64,000 nucleotides of DNA from Pseudomonadota bacterium (GTDB lineage Bacteria; Pseudomonadota; Gammaproteobacteria; Steroidobacterales; Steroidobacteraceae), in contig JANXQL010000028.1 in NCBI GenBank assembly GCA_025356815.1, positions 10,930 to 74,929 of the forward strand. Direction: 5' to 3'. Position 1 is the first letter of the stretch, and every line of letters starts with the position of its first letter. The translations under genes were made by a program, and so were the position numbers. Positions 27,079 to 37,149 of the stretch are shown here, piece by piece. The notes under the pieces were generated by a model. It saw nothing but the letters and a program-made list of their open reading frames with translations, had not been told where the DNA came from and did no database searches.

Positions 27079-27996
27079 TCAGCGCGCCGTGGCGCAACGC
27101 TCACCCAGGGCGCTGGCGAGCGCCGCGACCTGCCGGAGCGTGCCGGCGTCCGTGTCCCAGACGTAGTAGTGCGTCACCAGCTCGTTGTGCTCGCGGCCGG
27201 TGACGGTCAGCAGCCGGCTGTCGCGCCGGAACACGAGCGGACCGCGTGCGCTGCAGGCGGTGCCGGCCGGCAGCTCCGCCAGCGCCGGCGGGTACGACAC
27301 CCGGCCGGTGGCGAGGTCGACGAGCGCTATGCCCACGCAGCCCGCGCCACAGCCGAGCCGCTGCAGCTGCATGCGGCCGGCGAAGTTCGCCGGCTGCGAC
27401 AGCACCGACCCCGGCAGCAGTTCGCGGCCGCCGCCGGGGTCGGCACCCGCCTGCAGCGCGCCGGCAAGCGGACCTGCGAACGGCGCGGCCGGGTATTCGG
27501 AGAACTTGGGCGCGGCCAGCTCCGCCTCGTCGATGACCTCGCCGTCGGCCCGGCCGAGGAGGTGGTCGAGCTCGGAGGTGGCGGCGTCGTCCAGATGCCA
27601 GTCCGTCAGGTCGATGCCGCCGACTGCCTTGCGGCCGGCCGCGACCGCGCGCAGCGCGTGCGTCACGCACTCGCCCGGCTCGCGCGTCGCGCGGGCGCAC
27701 GGCACGAACTGCGTGTGGGCGCCGTACACCTGCGGCGCGCCGGGTTCGGCGGGCGCGGCGAACAGCCAGTAGCGGCCGGGCGGAACCTCGATGGTGTAGC
27801 CGGCCTGGCCGGCGGCGGTGCTCACCCAGTAGAGCCGAGCCCGCGTCAGCGACCAGGCGTACACCGTCAGCGCCGGTGCCGCCCCCGCCGGGGTCGCGAG
27901 CCTGCCTGACAGCGGCGCCGCGCTCGACGGCGGCGTCAGACACAGCGACACGAGCAGGGCGGCGGCGAGGTGCGCAAGCGGCAGCGGGGCGGTCAT
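27079..27996 (-). CDS. Hypothetical secreted protein
   Basis: Signal peptide MTAPLPLAHLAAALLVSLCLTPPSSAAP. G/C-rich third positions. No recognised family. Confidence 0.5.
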   Translation of the reverse strand: MTAPLPLAHLAAALLVSLCLTPPSSAAPLSGRLATPAGAAPALTVYAWSLTRARLYWVSTAAGQAGYTIEVPPGRYWLFAAPAEPGAPQVYGAHTQFVPCARATREPGECVTHALRAVAAGRKAVGGIDLTDWHLDDAATSELDHLLGRADGEVIDEAELAAPKFSEYPAAPFAGPLAGALQAGADPGGGRELLPGSVLSQPANFAGRMQLQRLGCGAGCVGIALVDLATGRVSYPPALAELPAGTACSARGPLVFRRDSRLLTVTGREHNELVTHYYVWDTDAGTLRQVAALASALGERCATAR

Positions 27997-28057
27997 CGGC
28001 AAGTCCGGGCGTCGGGGCCACAGGACTATGGCAGCGTCGCCGGAGAGGTCAAGCTTC

Positions 28058-28600
28058 ATGCCGCGAAAATCGCGTAACATCGCCGTCGTTCCCGCGCTGG
28101 AGATTCCCTTGCCCCTGACCCTCGATGCCGCGACCCCGGCCGACATCCCGACCCTGCTGACGCTGATCGGCGAGCTGGCGGAGTTCGAGCGGCTCGCGCA
28201 CGAGGTCGTGGTCACCGAGGCGAGCCTGGCGGAATCCCTGTTCTGCGCGACGCCGATCGTTCAGACCGTGATGGCGCGCGTCGACGGCGAGGTCGCCGGC
28301 TTCGCGCTGTATTTCCACAACTTCTCCACCTTCCTCGGCCGGCCCGGCTTGTACCTCGAGGACCTGTACGTTCGGCCCGCGTTCCGCGGTCAGGGCGTGG
28401 GTCGCGGCCTGCTGGTGCACATCGCGGGCGTCGCCGCGGCCCGCGGCTGCGGGCGCATGGAATGGTCGGTGCTGAACTGGAACCGCCGCGCGATCGGCTT
28501 CTACGAGTCGCTGGGCGCCCGCCCGGTCAACGACTGGATGGTGTACCGGCTCGATCGCGCGGCGCTGGAGGCCCTGCAGGCGCCGCCCGGCGGCGGCTAA
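28058..28600 (+). CDS. GNAT-family N-acetyltransferase
   Basis: LYLEDLYVRPAFRGQGVGRGLLVHIAGVAAARGCGRMEWSVLNWN (motif A). Start uncertain: 28028, 28058 or an internal TTG. Confidence 0.8.
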   Translation: MPRKSRNIAVVPALEIPLPLTLDAATPADIPTLLTLIGELAEFERLAHEVVVTEASLAESLFCATPIVQTVMARVDGEVAGFALYFHNFSTFLGRPGLYLEDLYVRPAFRGQGVGRGLLVHIAGVAAARGCGRMEWSVLNWNRRAIGFYESLGARPVNDWMVYRLDRAALEALQAPPGGG

Positions 28601-28648
28601 CCCCGACTTGCCTGTGCCGCATTGATGCGGCCCCAGCGGAGAATCGAC

Positions 28649-29077
28649 ATGTCGCGAACCTTGCCGCTACTGCTGACCTGCGCGCTGCTGTGCGCCGCCC
28701 TGCCGGTACTGGCGGAGCCTGCCGCAGCGGAACTCGCTGCCGACGCGCTGGTGGCCCGCCAGGCCACCGGCGACGCCGCGCTGATCGTGCTGGACGTGCG
28801 CAGCGCCGAGGAGTTCGCGGCCGGCCACGTGCCCGGTGCGATCAACGTGCCGCACGACGCACTCGAGGGGCAGCTGTCGGCGCTGCCGCAGCTGAAGGAC
28901 CACGACGTGGTGGTCTACTGCAAGTCGGGTCGCCGCGCGGGACTCGCACTCGAGGTGCTGGCGCGCCACGGCTACACGCGTCTGCAGCACCTCAGCGGTG
29001 ACATGGAGGGCTGGCGCGCGGCGTCACGCCCGGTCGAGCTCACGCCGCCACCGACCGCGCCGCCTGCGCCGCGCTGA
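28649..29077 (+). CDS. Periplasmic rhodanese-domain sulfurtransferase
   Basis: Signal peptide MSRTLPLLLTCALLCAALPVLA. LDVRSAEEFAAGHVPGAINVP and active-site loop CKSGRRA. GGAG Shine-Dalgarno upstream. Confidence 0.8.
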   Translation: MSRTLPLLLTCALLCAALPVLAEPAAAELAADALVARQATGDAALIVLDVRSAEEFAAGHVPGAINVPHDALEGQLSALPQLKDHDVVVYCKSGRRAGLALEVLARHGYTRLQHLSGDMEGWRAASRPVELTPPPTAPPAPR

Positions 29078-29143
29078 CGCGGCGCACTGCCGAGGGTAGA
29101 GCGCCTTGGGAATGCGCCCGGGCGTACCCCCCGCGCGCGGCGG

Positions 29144-30130
29144 TCAGTCGCCGACGCTGAGCATGATCTTGCCGATGTGCGCGCTCGACTCCATCAGTCG
29201 ATGGGCCGCGGCCGCCTCGGCCAGCGGGAACGTCGCGTGCACGACCGGCGCACAGCGACCGCTGCCCAGCACGGGCCACACCTGCTCGCGCAGCGCCTGG
29301 GCGATCGCGCCCTTCTGGCTCGCCGTGCGCGGCCGCATCGTCGAGCCGGTGATCACCAGCCGGCGCTGCATCACGCGCGACAGGTCGAACTGCTCCACCT
29401 TCGCGCCGTGCATGACCGCCACCTGCACCAGCCGGCCGTCCATCGCCAGGCAGCGCAGGTTCTGCTCGAAGTAGGGCGCGCCGACGATGTCGAGCACGAC
29501 GTTGACGCCGGTACCGCCGGTGAGTTCGGCGATGCTCGCGGCGAAGTCCGCGCTGCGGTAGTTGATCGCGCCGTCCGCGCCGAGCGCGAGACAGGCGGCG
29601 CATTTCTCGTCCGAGCCGGCGGTGGCGTACACGCGTGCACCGAACTCACGCGCCAGCTGGATGGCGGTGACGCCGATGCCGCTGGTGCCGCCGTGTACCA
29701 GCACCGACTCGCCGCGCGCCATGCGACCGTGCACGAACAGGTTCGCCCACACGGTGAAGTAGTTCTCGGGCAGCGCCGCCGCGCGCAGCGCGTCGTAGCC
29801 AGCCGGCCACGGCAGGCACTGCACGGCCGGCGCGACGCAGTACTCGGCGTAGCCGCCGCCGTTGGTCAGCGCGGTGACCCGATCGCCCACGTGCAGCTGC
29901 GTCACCTCGGCGCCGACGGACACGACGGTGCCTGCGACCTCGAGGCCGATCAGCGGGCTCGCGTCCGCCGGCGGCGGGTACTTGCCTTCGCGCTGCAGCA
30001 CGTCGGGCCGGTTGACGCCGGCGGCGGCGACGCGGATCAACACCTCGTGCACCTTCGCCACCGGCACCGGGCCGGTCGTGATCCGCAGCACCTCCGGGGC
30101 GCCGGCGGTGACAGCCTCGATGTGGCGCAT
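29144..30130 (-). CDS. NAD(P)H:quinone oxidoreductase, zeta-crystallin/PIG3 MDR family
   Basis: 328 aa from the internal ATG: MRHIEAVTAGAPEVLRI...GVNRPDVLQREGKYPPP...VLVHGGTSGIGVTAIQLA. Confidence 0.85.
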   Translation of the reverse strand: MRHIEAVTAGAPEVLRITTGPVPVAKVHEVLIRVAAAGVNRPDVLQREGKYPPPADASPLIGLEVAGTVVSVGAEVTQLHVGDRVTALTNGGGYAEYCVAPAVQCLPWPAGYDALRAAALPENYFTVWANLFVHGRMARGESVLVHGGTSGIGVTAIQLAREFGARVYATAGSDEKCAACLALGADGAINYRSADFAASIAELTGGTGVNVVLDIVGAPYFEQNLRCLAMDGRLVQVAVMHGAKVEQFDLSRVMQRRLVITGSTMRPRTASQKGAIAQALREQVWPVLGSGRCAPVVHATFPLAEAAAAHRLMESSAHIGKIMLSVGD

Positions 30131-30195
30131 CTGTGCGGGGACAGCAATGGCGGGGGGCACGGGCGTCTCCAGTGACGGGGCGAACGGGCGCGATC

Positions 30196-30735
30196 CTACG
30201 CCGGAACGCGCCGTCCGGGGCGCCCGTCCTGTGGCGGCACGAGCCCCCGCCGCCATGCGGCAAGCTTCGCCGCGGCCGTCAGCGCGGCATGGGCGGGACT
30301 GGTGGACGGCAGCTCGATTCGCTCCAGCGCCTGCAGGCCGGCGTCGAGCGAGGGCAGGACGTGGCGTCGATACAGCGACGCTGCGGTCCGGCCGTTGAAG
30401 CACACGCGCCGCAGCCGGGGGTGGTGTGCGTAGAACGCGGCAAAATCGTTCACCTCGACGCTGTCGCGCTCGATCGCGGCGTCCAGGCTGCCCGCGCGTC
30501 GCGCGGCGGCGCACACATCCCACAGCGCGATGCCTGCGGCCTGCAGTCGTGCGGTCCGCAGCGGGTACGGTTGCTCCGGCCCCGCGCCCGCGAGCACGCC
30601 GAGGATCCACCAGAATGCGTTGCGCGGCTGCGCATAGTACTGGCCGCGGCGCAGCGATTCGGCGCCGGGCAGCGAGCCGAGCACGAGCACGCTAGCGTCG
30701 GCATCGGCGAGCGGCGGGAAGCCGCGCAGGATCAT
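30196..30735 (-). CDS. DNA-deoxyinosine (hypoxanthine) glycosylase, UDG family 6
   Basis: MILRGFPPLADADASVLVLGSLPGAESLRRGQYYAQPRNAFWWILG. Confidence 0.7.
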   Translation of the reverse strand: MILRGFPPLADADASVLVLGSLPGAESLRRGQYYAQPRNAFWWILGVLAGAGPEQPYPLRTARLQAAGIALWDVCAAARRAGSLDAAIERDSVEVNDFAAFYAHHPRLRRVCFNGRTAASLYRRHVLPSLDAGLQALERIELPSTSPAHAALTAAAKLAAWRRGLVPPQDGRPGRRVPA

Positions 30736-30745
30736 GGCGCGCGCC

Positions 30746-31192
30746 TCAGCGCAGACTCGACGGCAGTGCCGTGAACGTGTCGGTACGGCCGAGGCCCTCG
30801 AGCGCCGCGGCGAGTTCCGCAACCGGCGCCATCAGCCGGCGCGCGTCGAGGTCGAGCCAGCCGCCCGTGCTGTCGATACGCGCCGCGAGCGCGCCGTCAG
30901 GCCGGAAGAACTCGTTGCGCAGGCGGAACCGGCTGCCGTCCGGGGCGAGGCCCGACAGCGCAAGCGTCGCGCGCAGGTGCTCGAGCAGGCCGACCTCGCG
31001 GTAATAGCAAACCTCGTCGCTCATGATCACCGGGCCGAAGCGGCGGCGGCTGAACTCGGCCGCCGGGAAGCCGCGCGTGGCGAAGTACGACAGCCGCACA
31101 TCCACCGCCTTCTCGAGATAGGCGGTGTTGCGCATGTGGCCGTTCATGTCCATGTCCTGCCAGCCGGTCAGCAGATCGATCTCGTAGCTCAC
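30746..31192 (-). CDS. Hotdog-fold acyl-CoA thioesterase (4HBT-like)
   Basis: GTG start 5 nt after the upstream stop: VSYEIDLLTGWQDMDMNGHMRNTAYLEKAVDVRLSYF. Confidence 0.65.
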   Translation of the reverse strand: MSYEIDLLTGWQDMDMNGHMRNTAYLEKAVDVRLSYFATRGFPAAEFSRRRFGPVIMSDEVCYYREVGLLEHLRATLALSGLAPDGSRFRLRNEFFRPDGALAARIDSTGGWLDLDARRLMAPVAELAAALEGLGRTDTFTALPSSLR

Positions 31193-31197
31193 AGCGC

Positions 31198-32850
31198 TCA
31201 GCCCTCGTACACCCAGCGGCCGTCGACCATCGTGCGCTCGGCGTGGATCTCGGTCAGGCGCTCCGGCGCCATGCTCAGCGGATCGCCACTCCAGGCGACA
31301 AGGTCGGCGAGCTGACCTGGCGCGAGTACGCCCTTGACGCCTTCCTCGAACGAGGCGAAGGCGCCGTTGGCGGTGCCGCAGGTCAGCGCCTCCGCCGCGC
31401 TGATGCGCTGGTTTGCCCCCCACAGGTGGCCGTCCATGCCGGTCCGCGATACCTGCGAGCGCATCCACAGCATCGGCTCGTGGGGACTGGCCGTGTAGTC
31501 CGACGACGAGGGCGGGCGCAGCCCCGCATCGATGAAGTCGCGCATCGCGAACATGCGCGCGAGGCGCGCGTCGCCGTAGAAGTGCAGCTTCTCCGAATGA
31601 AAGGTCACATAGCCCGCAAACGGCACCGGGATCGCACCGATCGCACGCATGCGCCGCACGAGCTCCGGCGTGATCACCGTGCAGTGCTCGATCCGGAAGC
31701 GCGGATCGCGCCGCGGCGACTCGCGCTGCAGCTGCTCGAATACCGTCAGCGCGGAGTCGATCGCGAGTTCGCCGTTGGCGTGGATGCCGACCTGCCAGCC
31801 GGCCAGGTGCGCCTTGCGCGCCTGCTCGTGGAGCACCTCTGGCGTGGTGACGCGGATGCCACGGTAGTCGCCGAGTCCGAGATAGGGCTCGGCGAGCAGC
31901 GCCGTACGCTCCGAGATCGACCCGTCAGCGAACAGCTTGACCGCGCCGATGCGCACCCAGTCGTCGCCGAAGCCGCTATGGATACCCGCTGCGATGAAGC
32001 GGTCGAGCTCCGCCACCTCGATGTGCTCGTAGAAGCGGGTGCGCAGCTCGCCCGCGTCGCGCGCGTCCTGGCAGCCCTGCAGCAGCGCCGCCGAGCCCTG
32101 CGCCTCGCAGGTGGAGGTGACGCCCGAGCGCGCCAGCCGTGCCGAGATCAGCGCCGTGCCGCAGCGGTACTCGTCGCGCGTCGGCGTCGTGATCGCCAGC
32201 TCCCCGATCGCGCCCGCGGCGGCGTCCGCCACCCGCCCGTCAAGGCGGCCGGACGCGTCGTGGAAGTACTCGCCACCGGCCGGATTGGGCGTCGCATCCT
32301 CGACGTGGGCGAGCGCGAACGCCCTGGAATTCACGAACGCGGTGTGCCCGCCACGATGCTGCACCAGCACCGGGTGCTCGGGAGCAGCGGCGTCGAGGTC
32401 CGCGCGTGTCAGCGGCCGCGGCGTCTTGGTGTCGTCGTACACCGCGCCGACGATCCACCGGCCCGGCGGGGTGCTTGCCGCGCGGGCCCGGATCGCCTGC
32501 TGGATCGCCTCGATCGAGGTCAGGTCGCATTGCACCTGCAGCAGCAGCGCGACGCCGCCCGCGCCGGGGTGGGCATGCGCGTCGTTGAACCCGGGCGTTA
32601 CTCGCCGCCGGCCCAGGTCGATGCGTTGCGTGCCGTGTGCGGCGAGGGCCAGCATGTCGGCGTCCGAGCCGGTCGCGAGCACTCGACCGCCGGAGAGCGC
32701 GAGTGCGGTGACGTCGCGCTGGCCGGGGACGCCCGTCCAGACCAGACCGTTGTGCAGAACGGTATCGGGCCGCGGCTGCCAGCGGGCGAAGGCCGCTGCG
32801 CTCGCCCCGAGGCCCGCCACCATGAAGCCACGCCGTGTCAGCTGTCGCAT
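31198..32850 (-). CDS. Amidohydrolase-3 (YtcJ-like) metal-dependent hydrolase, Tat-exported
   Basis: MRQLTRRGFMVAGLGASAAAFA twin-arginine signal. PGFNDAHAHP metal-binding motif. Confidence 0.8.
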   Translation of the reverse strand: MRQLTRRGFMVAGLGASAAAFARWQPRPDTVLHNGLVWTGVPGQRDVTALALSGGRVLATGSDADMLALAAHGTQRIDLGRRRVTPGFNDAHAHPGAGGVALLLQVQCDLTSIEAIQQAIRARAASTPPGRWIVGAVYDDTKTPRPLTRADLDAAAPEHPVLVQHRGGHTAFVNSRAFALAHVEDATPNPAGGEYFHDASGRLDGRVADAAAGAIGELAITTPTRDEYRCGTALISARLARSGVTSTCEAQGSAALLQGCQDARDAGELRTRFYEHIEVAELDRFIAAGIHSGFGDDWVRIGAVKLFADGSISERTALLAEPYLGLGDYRGIRVTTPEVLHEQARKAHLAGWQVGIHANGELAIDSALTVFEQLQRESPRRDPRFRIEHCTVITPELVRRMRAIGAIPVPFAGYVTFHSEKLHFYGDARLARMFAMRDFIDAGLRPPSSSDYTASPHEPMLWMRSQVSRTGMDGHLWGANQRISAAEALTCGTANGAFASFEEGVKGVLAPGQLADLVAWSGDPLSMAPERLTEIHAERTMVDGRWVYEG

Positions 32851-32901
32851 ATCCGAGCCTCCGAGCAAGGCCGTGCGCTCCGCGCGCGCGGCGAATGGGT
32901 C

Positions 32902-34731
32902 CTACCGCGCGGCTGGCGCCACGGGCGGGGCGTACTCCTGCAGTCCGACGACGAGAAAGCCCGGTCCGCCGTGCACGCCGAGTGCCGCGCCGCAGGGCAC
33001 AAGCCAGCCGCGCTCGATCGAGGGATGCGTGCCCAGCAGCGCGTCCAGCAGCGCCTGGCCTGCGACCGGCGCGGCGCCGTGGCCGACGATCAGCCGGTAG
33101 CGCCGGTCGGCGCGCACGCGCCGGCCGACGAAGCGGATGAACTTCTGCAGTCGGCGGGAGTTACCGTACAGCACGCCGCCGATCCCGAGGCGTCCGTCGG
33201 GGAACGTCGCCAGGAGCGGCGACAGCCGCAGCAGGTTCGCGAGCGTGCGCGCGATCGCAGGCACCCGGCCGCCGCGCACGCCGTAGTCCAGGCTCGGAAG
33301 GTACGCCCAGGTGCGCGTGCGCGGCAGTATCGCGCGCACTGCGGCGACCACTGCGGTCGCGTCCATGCCGGTGTCGGCGCACTCGGCCGCGTACATCGCG
33401 ATCAGCCCCTGTCCGGCCGAGGCGTTCGCCGAGTCGACCACCGTCACCCGCTCCCGCGCCGACACGCGGCTGGCGGCGGAGTCCGCCGCCTGGCGCGTGC
33501 CGCTGGCCCGACCGGTGAGGTTCACCGACACGACCGCGTCGTGGTGCGAGGCGAGGAACTCGAATACCCGCCGGAAATCGCCTGCCGGGGGCTGCGAGGT
33601 CTTCGGCTGCAGCGGGTGGCTCGCCAGCATGCGGTAGAACTCCTCGGGGCCGAGACTGACCTTGTCGAGGTAGCCCTGTTCGCCGAAGTGCAGCCGCACC
33701 GGCACCAGATGGATGTCGAGCCGCTCCAACGCCTCCTCCGGGATGTCCGCGGCCGAGTCGGTGACGATCGCCACGCGCCGTCGCCTGGCGTGCAGGGTCG
33801 ACTCCTGCTGGCGCTGCATGTCGTCGGCCTTCTGCGCAGAGACCGCGCCGAAGGTCGCGGCCAGACGAAACACTTCGCCGGGATCGGAGGTGTGCACGTG
33901 GACGCGGATCTTGCGCTGGGTGCCGGCCACGACCAGGCTCGAGCCGAGCGTCGAGAGTCGTTCGCGCAACGCGCGGCGGTCGACGTCGGTGCCGCTGACC
34001 ATGCACTCGGTGCACCAGCGGTGCTCGAGGCAGGCCTCGCCGCCCGACGACTCCGGTTCCAGCGACGCGGCATCGAAGGTGACCTCGGTCTCGTCCAGCT
34101 GACCGGTCGCGAGGTAGTCGCAGAAGCCCTCCAGCAGCGTCACGAAGCCCGCCGCCCCGGCGTCGACGACGCCGGCCTTGCGCAGGACGTCCAGCTGATC
34201 GCGCGTCCCCTCCAACGATACCTGCGCGCGTGCCAGCGCATGCCCGAGCAGCGCGCCGAAGTCGGCGACCCCGGAGGCGACGCAGGTCTTCAGGTCCACG
34301 GCGACGTCCTGCAGCACGGTCAGGATCGTGCCGTCGCGGGGATCGGACAGCGCCTCGCGCGCGCAGCGGGCGCCGCCTTGCATCGCGTCGGCGAAGTCGG
34401 ACGGCGTCAGCGCCTCGAGGTGACCTGCGCCGTCGCCCAGTCCCAGCAGGAACTGCGCGAGGATCGCGCCGGAGTTGCCGCGTGCGCCGTCGAGCGCGGC
34501 GTCGGCGACTGCGGTCAGCAGGCGGCCGGCATGGTCGAAGGTCGTGCGCTTGAGCACGACCAGCACCGCACCCATCGTCAGCGCGAGGTTGGTGCCCGTG
34601 TCGCCGTCCGGCACCGGAAACACGTTGATGCGGTCCAGGTGTTCCTGTCGCAGCAGTAGCCGGTGGATGCCGGCGCGCAGCGCGCGCTCCAGCGCCACGG
34701 CGTCCAGCCGTGCGATCACGGCGGTAGACAT
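32902..34731 (-). CDS. DAK2-domain / DegV-domain fusion protein
   Basis: N-terminus INVFPVPDGDTGTNLALT (DAK2-like). C-terminal half VAIVTDSAADIPEEALERLDIHLVPVRLHFGEQGYLD (DegV-like). Confidence 0.75.
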   Translation of the reverse strand: MSTAVIARLDAVALERALRAGIHRLLLRQEHLDRINVFPVPDGDTGTNLALTMGAVLVVLKRTTFDHAGRLLTAVADAALDGARGNSGAILAQFLLGLGDGAGHLEALTPSDFADAMQGGARCAREALSDPRDGTILTVLQDVAVDLKTCVASGVADFGALLGHALARAQVSLEGTRDQLDVLRKAGVVDAGAAGFVTLLEGFCDYLATGQLDETEVTFDAASLEPESSGGEACLEHRWCTECMVSGTDVDRRALRERLSTLGSSLVVAGTQRKIRVHVHTSDPGEVFRLAATFGAVSAQKADDMQRQQESTLHARRRRVAIVTDSAADIPEEALERLDIHLVPVRLHFGEQGYLDKVSLGPEEFYRMLASHPLQPKTSQPPAGDFRRVFEFLASHHDAVVSVNLTGRASGTRQAADSAASRVSARERVTVVDSANASAGQGLIAMYAAECADTGMDATAVVAAVRAILPRTRTWAYLPSLDYGVRGGRVPAIARTLANLLRLSPLLATFPDGRLGIGGVLYGNSRRLQKFIRFVGRRVRADRRYRLIVGHGAAPVAGQALLDALLGTHPSIERGWLVPCGAALGVHGGPGFLVVGLQEYAPPVAPAAR

Positions 34732-34765
34732 TGTTCTCGAACCCCCTCGTCGACCGGCCGTGCCC

Positions 34766-35416
34766 TCACTCGCGTGTCAGCACGAACCTCGTTCCCTGGT
34801 GATTGAGCAGCGCGCCCTCCGGCGTGATCTGCTCGACCAGCAGTCCCTCATGCAGTTGCCCGCCCTCGCGCACGCGCTGGCCGTTGATGATCACGAACCG
34901 CTGCGAGGCGACGCTGCTGTAGACATGCAGGTCCAGATTCAGCGGCGGCAGTGCGGTGGCGACCGCCGCCGGCAACTGGCGCAGCGTCGGCCAGACCGCA
35001 CCGTTGAGCGGCGTGCGCACGGGCGCGACCGCGGGCTGCGGCATCGCGAGGTGCGTGACCGGTGGTGGCTCCGGCACGTCCAGCGTCGGCTCCGCCGCTT
35101 CGATCTCGCCCGCCAGCGGGCGGATGCGGCCTGGCTCCGCCGGCGCCGCGGCGAGGCGCGCGCCGCCGGTCGATGTCGCAGGCGGTGGCGCCACGGCGCT
35201 CGCCGTCGGCGCTGCGGGCGCGACCGCAGGCGTCGGCCGCAGCAGCACGTAGAGCAGAATCGCGGCATTGAGCGCCAGCAGCACGGCGAAGCCGCCGACC
35301 ACCCAGGCCAGCCTCGCGGGCGCCTCGCGCGCGGCCGGCGACTCGATCAGACCCGGCAGGGCGCGCCGTTCACGCTCGTGCTCGGACTTGCGCAGGGCAT
35401 CGAGGATGAACGACAT
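34766..35416 (-). CDS. gspB: General secretion pathway protein B (GspB/ExeB-like)
   Basis: MSFILDALRKSEHERE.... One TM segment, a Pro/Ala-rich linker, and a C-terminus LDLHVYSSVASQRFVIINGQRVREG. Start overlaps the gspA stop (TGATG). Confidence 0.75.
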   Translation of the reverse strand: MSFILDALRKSEHERERRALPGLIESPAAREAPARLAWVVGGFAVLLALNAAILLYVLLRPTPAVAPAAPTASAVAPPPATSTGGARLAAAPAEPGRIRPLAGEIEAAEPTLDVPEPPPVTHLAMPQPAVAPVRTPLNGAVWPTLRQLPAAVATALPPLNLDLHVYSSVASQRFVIINGQRVREGGQLHEGLLVEQITPEGALLNHQGTRFVLTRE

Positions 35417-37035
35417 CAGCCGCCGCTCCTGCCGAGGGTCGGCGTGCCCGGCGCACCGACCAGCGCATCGAGCACGACCTGCGTCTGTTCGCCTGCGATG
35501 CCGTCGACGGTCAGCCGGTGGCCGCGCTGGAACTCCTCGACGCGCCGCGCGAGATCCTGGTCGTAGAGATCGGAGCCGGTCGGCGACGGCTCGCCATGGG
35601 CAGACGCGAGGCCCTGGCGCAACCAGCGTACCTCCGGTCCGCGCATGCCGGGCCGCAACAGCTTCGCCAGTGGCAGTGGCGGGCGCCACAGCAGCAGGAA
35701 GTCGCCGAGCCAGTAGCGTTCGAGGTCCAGCAGGTCCGCATCGAGCACGGCGCTGCCCGCCTCGAGGCGCGCGTGGCGCTCGTCCAGGGCCGCGACCACG
35801 ACCTGGTGCTCGACGCCGTCCGGCGTCGTCAGTGACACGATCGCCGGGCGGTTGAACAGCTTCAGCTGCGCGAGGCTGCCCTTGTCGGCCAGGCACTCCA
35901 GCCCCTGTGCAGCCGCCTGCTCGCAGGGGCGCGCGCCGCCGGCCTGGAACGCGCCACTCCACAGCGCGAACAGGCGCCCGAACGCAGCGTCGGTGCCGGT
36001 CTGGTTCGCGTGCGCGGCGAGGAAGGTCGCGACCGCCTCGCTCGCCGGCGGCGCGACCGGCGCCGCCGCCGGCGGGCCGGGCCGGGTGCTGGCCGTCGAT
36101 GCCGGCGCGGGGCGCCCTGCGGCGGACTCGACCCGGTAAAGCGCGTGTAGGGCGAACGCGACCAGCAGCGCCGCGGCGAGCGCCGCGCCGCCGACGAGCC
36201 AGGGCACGCCGCGCCGCGTCGCGTCGCGGCCGTCCACCTCGCGCGCCGCGCTGCGCACCAGCGGCGGGGTCACCCGGTGCTGCTCGCGCGTGTAGGCGCC
36301 CAGCAGCGCGCGGTCGGCGATCACGTTGATCAGCCGCGGCACGCCGCGCGCGAGCCGGTGCAGTTCGGCGAGCGCGCGGCCGCTGAAGATCTCGCCGCTC
36401 GCTCCGGCCACCTTGAGGCGATGGCGCACGTAGGCGGCCGATTCCTGGCGCGACAGCGGGTCGAGGTGGTAGCGCCCGGTAATGCGCTGCGCCAGTTGGC
36501 GCAGATCGTTGCGCGCGAGTACCTCGCGCAGCTCCGGTTGCCCCACCAGGATGATCTGCAGCAGCTTCTGCGTCGCGGTCTCGAGGTTGGTCAGCAGGCG
36601 CACCTGCTCCAGCACGTCCGCGGACAGCTGCTGCGCCTCGTCAACGATCAGCACCACGCGTCGGCCGCGCGCGTGCGCGTCCAGCAGGAACACGTTCAGC
36701 CGGTCGACGATGGCCTTGATGCTAACGCGCTCCGCCGGCTCGAGCGCGACGTGCAGCTCGTCGCAGATCGCCAGCAGGAACTCCTCGGGTGTCACGCGCG
36801 GGTTCAGGATCAGCGCCACATCGGCGTGCGCCGGCAGCTCGGCCAGCAGGCTGCGCACGGTGGTGGTCTTGCCGGTGCCGACTTCGCCGGTGAGCTGGAC
36901 GAAGCCGCCGGCGTTGTCGATGCCGTACAGCAGATGCGCGAGCGCCTCGGCGTGCCGCTCGCTCAGGTAGAGGTAGCGTGGGTCCGGGGTGATCGCGAAG
37001 GGCTTCTCGGCGAGCCCAAAGAAGCTCATGTACAT
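35416..37035 (-). CDS. gspA: ExeA/GspA-family AAA ATPase with a C-terminal peptidoglycan-binding domain
   Basis: MYMSFFGLAEKPFAITPDPRYLYLSERH...LTGEVGTGKTT (Walker A). C-terminal GPEVRWLRQGL...VEEFQRGHRLTVDGIAGEQT is PG-binding-like. Confidence 0.8.
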   Translation of the reverse strand: MYMSFFGLAEKPFAITPDPRYLYLSERHAEALAHLLYGIDNAGGFVQLTGEVGTGKTTTVRSLLAELPAHADVALILNPRVTPEEFLLAICDELHVALEPAERVSIKAIVDRLNVFLLDAHARGRRVVLIVDEAQQLSADVLEQVRLLTNLETATQKLLQIILVGQPELREVLARNDLRQLAQRITGRYHLDPLSRQESAAYVRHRLKVAGASGEIFSGRALAELHRLARGVPRLINVIADRALLGAYTREQHRVTPPLVRSAAREVDGRDATRRGVPWLVGGAALAAALLVAFALHALYRVESAAGRPAPASTASTRPGPPAAAPVAPPASEAVATFLAAHANQTGTDAAFGRLFALWSGAFQAGGARPCEQAAAQGLECLADKGSLAQLKLFNRPAIVSLTTPDGVEHQVVVAALDERHARLEAGSAVLDADLLDLERYWLGDFLLLWRPPLPLAKLLRPGMRGPEVRWLRQGLASAHGEPSPTGSDLYDQDLARRVEEFQRGHRLTVDGIAGEQTQVVLDALVGAPGTPTLGRSGG

Positions 37036-37149
37036 CGTGGCTGCATCATAGCGAGTCGGCCGCAGCCGTGGCGCCAAGCCGGCAGGGGGCGCCGCAGCTC
37101 CGTCTTAAATATCTGATTTTATGCAGTATATCTGCGCGCACCCGGAGTA

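Noticed and set aside
31243-34659. 1138-aa plus-strand ORF
   Set aside because: It is antisense to the amidohydrolase and DAK2-DegV genes, which have clear family motifs. Its product is Arg/Ala/Gly-rich with no recognisable domain.
37113-37126. LexA-box-like CTG-N8-CAG (CTGATTTTATGCAG) near dinB
   Set aside because: It lies downstream of the dinB stop (upstream of gspA), not in the dinB promoter. It also lacks the conserved T and A flanking positions of CTGT-N8-ACAG.
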